A DNA stretch of 64,000 bases from Hemiscyllium ocellatum (taxonomy: Eukaryota), in assembly GCF_020745735.1 (NCBI RefSeq), contig NC_083401.1, positions 149,913,740 to 149,977,739 of the forward strand, read 5' to 3'. Both the position numbers and the translations under genes were made by a program. The notes below the pieces were generated by a model, which worked only from the letters and a program-made list of their open reading frames with translations, ran no database searches and was not told the origin of the DNA. This document shows positions 57,003 to 64,000 of this stretch, piece by piece. The stretch's first letter is position 1, and every line of letters begins with the position of its first letter.

Positions 57003-57325
57003 ATTAGATTAGATTAGATTAGATTACTTACAGTGTGGAAACAGGCCCTTCGGCCCAACAAGTCCACACAGACCCGCCGAAGCGCAACCCACCCATACCC
57101 CTACATTTACCCCTTACCTAACACTACGGGCAATTTAGCATGGCCAATTCACCTGACCCGCACATCTTTGGACTGTGGGAGGAAACCGGAGCACACGGAG
57201 GAAACCCACGCAGACACGGGGAGAACGTGCAAACTCCACACAGTCAATCGCCTGAGTCGGGAATTGAACCCGGGTCTCTGGCGCTGTGAGGCAGCAGTGC
57301 TAACCGCTGTGCCACCGTGCCCCCC
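57003..57325 (-). mobile_element. Young V-SINE
   Basis: Full length, CpG-rich. Confidence 0.93.
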
Positions 57326-58594
57326 ATAATGGTTGGCTACCTACTAGCTGGCAGCAGTTAGCCAATGGGGTGATTAAATTCCCAGTTATGGACACTTGTC
57401 AGAAGTTGGCTGAATTTTCAAGATAGCAGAAACCCCACTGATGAATTGAGGCAGCCTCCGATGGCAGACTATGGACAGTGTCTCTATATTTCACACTCCT
57501 GTTGCTATTATTGCCAGCCTGCCATCATCTTCGGGGATTCTCCTTCCACAGTGACCATCCATCTGTTATGACCCCATCTTACTTTTAATGATTGTAAAAT
57601 TCTTCAAAGGTTACCACTATATTAGCACACCTTTTGCTTTCTCCTGCCCACAGCAGCTCCTACCTCTGACGTTGGGGCGACTGATTTCTCAATAATTGGC
57701 CTACTTGCCTTAATTAGATCAAGGAGCCAGTAGTTGTGGGTTCACAAACAGTGGGATTTGGACCTGGGAACGCAAACTCTGCCTTTAACGTTAAGGTGGA
57801 GAGTAAGTACTGATGGCAATACTGCTCTTTCAAAGTTCTATCAATGTTGTGGATTTAAATTCTCAATGCAGAATGACATTTTGTGCAGCTGTGACAAAGC
57901 TTGGAAGCACAATGAACCGGGAGAAGACGCAGAAATTAAAAAAGCCAAAAATAAAGTTGTGTGGGTTGAACGATGGCAGCTAGATTCTGTTCAGACAATT
58001 GTAAAAGAAATGCACAGTAGACTAAGTGGATTTCCTCGATGGTATTAAATTACCTAAAGCTAAAGTTGAGGGAGATCTGAGATGGAATCATCTCAATCTG
58101 CCAGAACATTTGGAAGAACATATGGGGAAAGTAACTATCCAGGGGGCACATTATGACAGGTTACAATGCTGCTATTATGTTCTCAGAATCCTTCAGATGG
58201 GTTTGGTTTTCCTGAACTTCAAAGTGGGAACTGTCTTGTTTTTATTACCATGTCATGAATGTTCATTAACACCCCGGCTACTAGAATTGTGTCCATGGCC
58301 TAATTCCATTAAAAGGAAACACATCCATTCACAAACACAGCCATACGTATGAGGTGTATGCCTGGCAAGATGGACTTCCTTCAAGCTCTGGTAAGGACAA
58401 ATTTCATTTACTTAGCTCCTTCATATCTACAGGCATTTCTTTATGCAAGCACTTACACTATTTGGGTGGGGGTGGGGGGCATGATGGTTGGTGAGATCAT
58501 GTTGATTAGTTTGTAAGCAGTCTCAATCATCTGCAGTCTGGCTTGTTAAACATTTATTGTGTGAGGGGTGAACCCTGACATAACCAACAAACCT

Positions 58595-58819
58595 AGGTAA
58601 AAACGAGGACTGCAGATGCTGGAAATCCAAGTCTGAATTAGAGTGGTGCTGGAAAAGCACAGCAGGTTAGGCAGCACCCAACGAGCAGAAAAATCAACGT
58701 TTCAGGCAAAAGCCCTTCATCAGGATGATTCCTGATGAAGACCTTTTGCCCAAAACATTGATTTTTCTGCTTTTTGGGTGCTGCCTGACCTGCTGTGCTT
58801 TTCCAGCACCATTCTAAAT
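58595..58819. mobile_element. Fold-back family A pLTR element; core-intact HHR on minus strand at 58693-58726, decayed mirror at 58728-58763
   Basis: TSD cataaccaacaaacct / cataaccaacaagcct at 58579-58594 and 58820-58835. Confidence 0.88.
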
Positions 58820-59260
58820 CATAACCAACAAGCCTGCCTCATGAGGCAGGCCCACTGGCTAATGCTGACTGAGGTACGAAAGTGGGATGGAATTCAAAAC
58901 AATTCCGTTCAAATGCCATCTTTTATAGTTGTGTCCTTGCCCCCACTCAAGCTTTTGGCGAGAATCTCTCAGATGTATGATGGGAGGTCAGTGACCTTAA
59001 GTGTGAAGTGCTGAGTGTTGCAGCTCCTTTTATGTTTCAAACGTGAACCCTGGCAGATGTGAGAGAGGCAACACAACTGTGGCACTGGTAGGGTTAACAT
59101 TGGTGGCTGGAGGAAGTGGCAGACAGTCGTTGAAGATGAGACATTAGGGGGAGAAGACTGACTCCCAATGTCCTGTTTGAAAGTCCTCAGCATTGCCAAC
59201 ATTAGAATGCAAATTCACACACGCAGAGGCAGGAAAAGTTGAATAGACAGTGCTGCATAT

Positions 59261-59886
59261 TGTCATGGACCAAACCCCCTCAAAATATAGTAAGACGGTC
59301 TGGACCCTAACTTTTTCTTATTTTAGAGTTAAGTTTAAGGTGTTGCATTCCAGATGCAATTCAATTGGTCAAACTAATGACGTTAAGCAAAATTCACTTT
59401 ATTGTTACACTGCAGTTAAAATACAGACAAAATAAAAAGAAAAGAATCGGCTTAACTGTAACTCTATCGAAATGCTTAAAACAAGATCTATTAACTACGA
59501 CTAATTAATTAATTCCAAAATAGTAATGGCCCATAAAAACACCCTTGGCTAAAGCAAATTCAGTTACACAGATTGTCTCACATACAATCTGAGCAGCAGG
59601 AAGGGAACCCTAGCTTTTAGCTGTAACAGAGGGAGGAATAACAGCTTCCACATCAAGCTTCAAGGCCCCAACAACTGCAGAAAACTAAAACTAAAATTCC
59701 GGGTTCTGTGGGAGCTTAACCCCAACTCGTTCAGGCTGCTTCTATTGTTCCGACCTTAAAAAAAAGGCCTCACAAACTGTTACTCCATTGGCTTCTAGCA
59801 GACTGCTTGGTACCTGTCTCAAACTTCATTCATTAAAAAATACCAGGACAAAGTACACCTCTTAAAGCTATAGAATCATCATGATA
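59261..59886 (-). mobile_element. Probable solo LTR
   Basis: Termini tgtcatg...catgata (decayed TG..CA inverted ends), ~625 bp, AATAAA on minus strand near 59400; no clear TSD. Confidence 0.45.
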
Positions 59887-60059
59887 CTGAATGCAGCAGG
59901 TCATTCATCCTCTTGCAATACTGGAGCCGTGATCTTTGAGCCATCATTGACCTATTGCTGTCCAAGTTGTCTTCATCTATTGGGATTGTGCTTGTCATAT
60001 GTAGGGAGAAGAACTGAACCCTTCTACCCCCGGCAGGCTTCAGGAGAATGTCTAGGGAT

Positions 60060-60477
60060 TCAAAGTTTGGGAGAAGATTTGTAGCTCGGGTGCTCGTTGT
60101 TGTTGTTCTGATCGCGAGCTGGGAATTTGTGTTGCAGACGTTACGTCCCCTGTCTGGGTGACATCCTCAGTGCATGGGAGCCTCCTGTGAAGCGCTTCTG
60201 TGATGTTTCCTCTGGCATTTATAGTGATTTGTACCTGCCGTTTCCACTCATCCACAGATTTAATCAATAAGCACATCGACCTGGACCCAATATACTGACC
60301 ACTGCAGCGGACAGCTGGAACTGACAACCGGAAGCGGCAGAGAAAAACCACTATAAATGCCGGAGGAAACATCACAGAAGCGCTTCACAGGAGGCTCCCA
60401 AGCACTGAAGATGTCACCTAGACAGGGGACAAAACGTCTGCAACGCAAATTCCCAGCTCGGTGAACAGAACCACAGC
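60060..60477. mobile_element. Fold-back family C Penelope element retaining the ORF C-terminus; both HHRs mutated (60134-60173 minus, 60402-60441 plus)
   Basis: TSD aatgtctagggat / aatgtttagggat at 60047-60059 and 60478-60490; HSSTDLINKHIDLDPIY encoded at 60245-60295. Confidence 0.85.
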
Positions 60478-60564
60478 AATGTTTAGGGATGTTGCTAAAA
60501 TGTGATCCATTATTTTCATCTGGTCTGTGACAACTCCGGAACGGATGAGCACAGGTTGAGTAAT

Positions 60565-61180
60565 GATTAGATTAGATTACCGACAGTGTGGAAACAGGCC
60601 CTTCGGCCCAATAAGTCCACACTGACCTTCCGAAGAATAACCCACCCAGACCCATTTCCCTCTGCCTAATGCATCTAACACCATGGGCAATTTACCATGG
60701 CCAATTCACCTGACCTACACCGTGGGCGGCACGGTGGCACAGTGGTTAGCACTGCTGCCTCACAGCGCCTGAGACCCGGGTTCAATTCCCGACTCAGGCG
60801 ACTGACTGTGTGGAGTTTGCACGTTCTCCCCGTGTCTGCGTGGGTTTCTTCCGGGTGCTCCGGTTTCCTCCCACTGTCCAAAGATGTGCGGGTCAGGTGA
60901 ATTGGCCATGCTAAATTGCCCGTAGTGTTTGGTAAGGGGTAAATGTAGGGGTATGGGTGGGTTGCGCTTCGGCGGGTCGGTGTGGACTTGTTGGGCCGAA
61001 GGGCCTGTTTCCACACTGTAAGTCTAATCTAATCTAATCTTTGGACCGTGGGAGGAAACCCACGCAGACAGGAGAGAATGTGCAAACTCTACGCAGACAG
61101 TCGCCCAAGGTGAGAATCGAACCTGGGACCCTGGTGCTGTTAGGCAGCAGTGCGAACTACTGAGCCACTGTGCTGCCCCC
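60565..61180. mobile_element. Older minus-strand V-SINE with a young plus-strand V-SINE (60724-61038) nested inside
   Basis: The two halves 60565-60720 and ~61039-61180 are collinear. Confidence 0.9.
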
Positions 61181-61229
61181 TGGGTTGCAGACAATGAAGG
61201 GGTGTGTGAGTGCCTTTTAAGATGGGTGC

Positions 61230-61547
61230 CATCCTGATGAAGGGCGTTTGCCTGAAACGTTGATTTTTCTGCTCCTTGGGTGCTGCCTAACCTGCTGTGC
61301 TTTTCCAGCACCACTCTAATTCAGACTTGGATTTCCAGCATCTGCAGTCCTCGTTTTTACCTAGGTTTGTTGGTTATGTCAGGGTTCACCCCTCACACAA
61401 TAAATGTTTAACAAGCCAGACTGCAGATGATTGAGACTGCTTACAAACTAATCAACATGATTTCACCAACCATCATGCCCCCCACCCCCACCCAAATAGT
61501 GTAAGTGCTTGCATAAAGAAATGCCTGTAGATATGAAGGAGTTAAGT
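61230..61547 (+). repeat. 318-bp inverted duplication of 58410-58727 (HHR at 61231-61264, pLTR and flanking host DNA)
   Basis: Same length; about 4 substitutions counted by eye. Confidence 0.93.
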
Positions 61548-62401
61548 CCAGGATGTCCAGGTGGACTTCAGAACTTACTGTCCAGACAATTTGCCGTTTT
61601 ACCTGCATGAACAGAAGCACTGAGCTGTGAAAAACATTATCTTGTGAGATAGTCTGATTGACTCCCATGTGTAAATCACTCCTACCATTTGGTTTACCTC
61701 AAAAAAAATCTTCTACCCTGAAGCCTTGGTAGACCCAGCTAAAAATGTCCAATAAATGCAGAGCAGCAAACAGCAAAACCAATAAAAATAATAAAGTACA
61801 ATGCAAAATGTTCAATTGGCCAAGAGGTAATGATGTTGCTCAGTGGGGGCAACACTTCCAAGAGATTAGCCTATTTGAAAATCTGGATGTCATTTGCAAT
61901 TTTGGCCATAGTTGCTGATTACCATAATATGGAGATACTGAAACAGAATATCTGCAGGTTTCCCCCAAGGTGATTAGATGGATGTTTATGGACTTTTGGT
62001 AGCTCTGACTGAGGCTTGCATGGCACAATGGCAGTGTCTCTATCTCTGGGCTACAAGACCTAGGTTTAAATGCCATCTTCTCCAAATGTCTGAACAGATT
62101 GATTAAAAATATCAAAGAGCTTTGGCTGACTTATGTTGGCCTGTTATAGCATGACTTAGGAACCAAGGAAAACCATACACAGGTTGTCAGATGTTACACT
62201 GGAAGCCTTGGAGGAGGATGTCCAGGATGTAAAGCCCTGAACCTGCAGGGGTGAGTGGTTATACCTCCCACCTCCTCAGTCTCCAGGTGCTCCCCTGCAG
62301 CAGCTAGTGCTATTTTGCCTCGTCTAACATCCTCTTACCTTTCCTCATTTCCAAACCCAACCAAGCTACATCCCGAGCAGGATGGAGATGATTCCATTCC
62401 T

Positions 62402-62638
62402 AGGCGAAAGTGAGGACTGCAGATGCTGGAGATCAGAGTTTGGATTAGAGTGGTGCTGGAAAAGCACAATAGGTCTGGTAGAATCTGAGGAGCAGGAAGA
62501 TCGATGTTTCGGGAAAAAGCCCTTCATCAGGAATGAAGGGCCCTCTGATGAAGGGCTTTTGCCAGAAACGTTGATTTTCCTGCTCCTCGGATGCTGCCTG
62601 ACCTGCTGTGTTTTTCCAGCACCACTCTAATCTAGACC
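62402..62638. mobile_element. Fold-back family A pLTR element
   Basis: TSD atgattccattcct / atgattccactcct at 62388-62401 and 62639-62652; arms turn between two back-to-back HHR motifs near 62535. Confidence 0.88.
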
Positions 62639-63544
62639 ATGATTCCACTCCTGGTAACTCTTGTAAGATGGAGGGCACAGCATTTAGACCTTTCATTTGA
62701 AATCCAGAGAATGTCCATTTTGGATATTGTATGAGAGTCTAAACAATTTTCCACGCAGCCTTCAGAGGTTGACTTCGCAACTCCAGGAATGATGTACATG
62801 AAATGATGAGTATTTCTTGTTTACATCAACATCATTGTGTTTGTTCTCAAACAGACTGCCATTAGGAGAGAGTATTAATTGAAATATTAGCCAACAGTAT
62901 ATAATGCATTCCTGTAATGAGTTTTAGCAAGCATTTTAAATGGCATTAACAATTTAACAAGTCTTCAGTCAGCCTTTCCTAGTACTGGCTTCAAATCCTT
63001 TAGCAAGGTGGCATCTTGGCTACAGGGTATTGCAGGGTAAAAGTCCATTTGGCCACCCAGGAGGCTCCTTAATGTTTTAAAGAAAGATAGTTTACAAGAT
63101 GGAAAGGAATACTCTGGGAGGTAGTCCATTTTAATTATACAAGATTATAAAAGGTGCTAAAAATATCAATCCAGAATAAAGTAAATGCTAAAAGGACAAA
63201 TGATAAGTATAAACTAAGATTTTTACAGAAGGATTGGGGTCAACTATAATGCTAACACAACTGAACAGCTTAAAGATGGTCTCAAGGTTCACGCATTAGA
63301 ATGAGGCTGAGTCTAAGAAGGAGCTATATCATAAAAGCTCATCAAATAGAAAAGAAAGTGGACAGAAAATTAAAGAAATAAAAAACTCTCATTTTTCTAT
63401 TTTTACTTACATATTCTTCTCAGATTTATGCATGAATTTGCACACTGACTAAAGTCCAATGAATTATTTTTTGGTTTTCCTTTCTGAACAGCTGTTAATG
63501 GCGTCTGATCTTCAGTGTTACTGTCTTGGGCCAGCGTAGGGGAG

Positions 63545-63995
63545 ACAATGCCTAGTGGTGTTATCATTAGCCTGTTAATCCAGAGACCCGGTCCGAATCT
63601 CACCATGGCAGATGGTGGAATTTGAATTCAATAAAAATCTGGAGTCAAGCGTCTAATGATAACCTCAGGTCAATTTTTGGGAAAACCCAATGTATGGGCA
63701 AATTACTGCAGGTGCTGGAATCTGAAATGAGGCAGGGGATGCTGGAGATTACAGGAGATCAGGCAGCATCCATAGAGAAAAAGTAAGCTAATGTTTTGAG
63801 TCGAGATCACCAAAGGTTGGCTTCCTTTCTCTCATGGATGCTGTCTGACCTGCTGTGATTTCCAACATGTTTTGTTTTCAGTTGGGAAAACCCATTTTAT
63901 TCACTAATGTCATTTAGGGAAGGAAACTGCTATCCTTACCTGGTCTGACCTACATGTGACTCCAGACTACCACAATACAGTTGACTTTTCTAAGC
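63545..63995 (+). mobile_element. Second-family SINE interrupted by a decayed fold-back pLTR element (~63695-63882)
   Basis: SINE body resumes at ttgggaaaaccc, which is duplicated on both sides of the insert. Confidence 0.7.
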
Positions 63996-64000
63996 CCTCT

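Noticed and set aside
60724-60800. tRNA-like sequence with A and B boxes
   Set aside because: Head of a tRNA-derived SINE continuing into the V-domain; not a tRNA gene

Overview
Repeat-rich vertebrate genomic DNA, very probably from a shark: it carries HE1-type V-SINEs, HER1/CR1 LINEs and abundant Penelope-like elements; the species cannot be determined from this window. The only host gene is carboxypeptidase E (CPE) on the + strand. Coding exons 2-9 (10217-53542) all have canonical AG/GT borders and exon lengths of 197/168/118/183/140/100/119/99 nt, followed by a ~1.2 kb 3' UTR; exon 1 lies upstream of the window. The rest is mostly transposable elements: CR1, Rex1/Babar, L1/Tx1, RTE, V-SINEs, a second SINE family, Tigger-like MITEs, a probable solo LTR and Penelope elements. 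The most notable hidden system is a dispersed set of roughly 20 intact or decayed minimal type-I hammerhead ribozyme (HHR) motifs in four sequence families (labelled A-D here). Helices I, II and III differ between families but still base-pair around a constant CUGANGA...GAAA core. The motifs ride on short Penelope pseudo-LTR (pLTR) derived insertions, many of them fold-back palindromes with 11-16 bp target-site duplications (TSDs), inside CPE introns and downstream. One ribozyme-headed unit was duplicated locally together with ~185 bp of flanking host DNA. Repeat boundaries were read by eye and are approximate unless a TSD is quoted.
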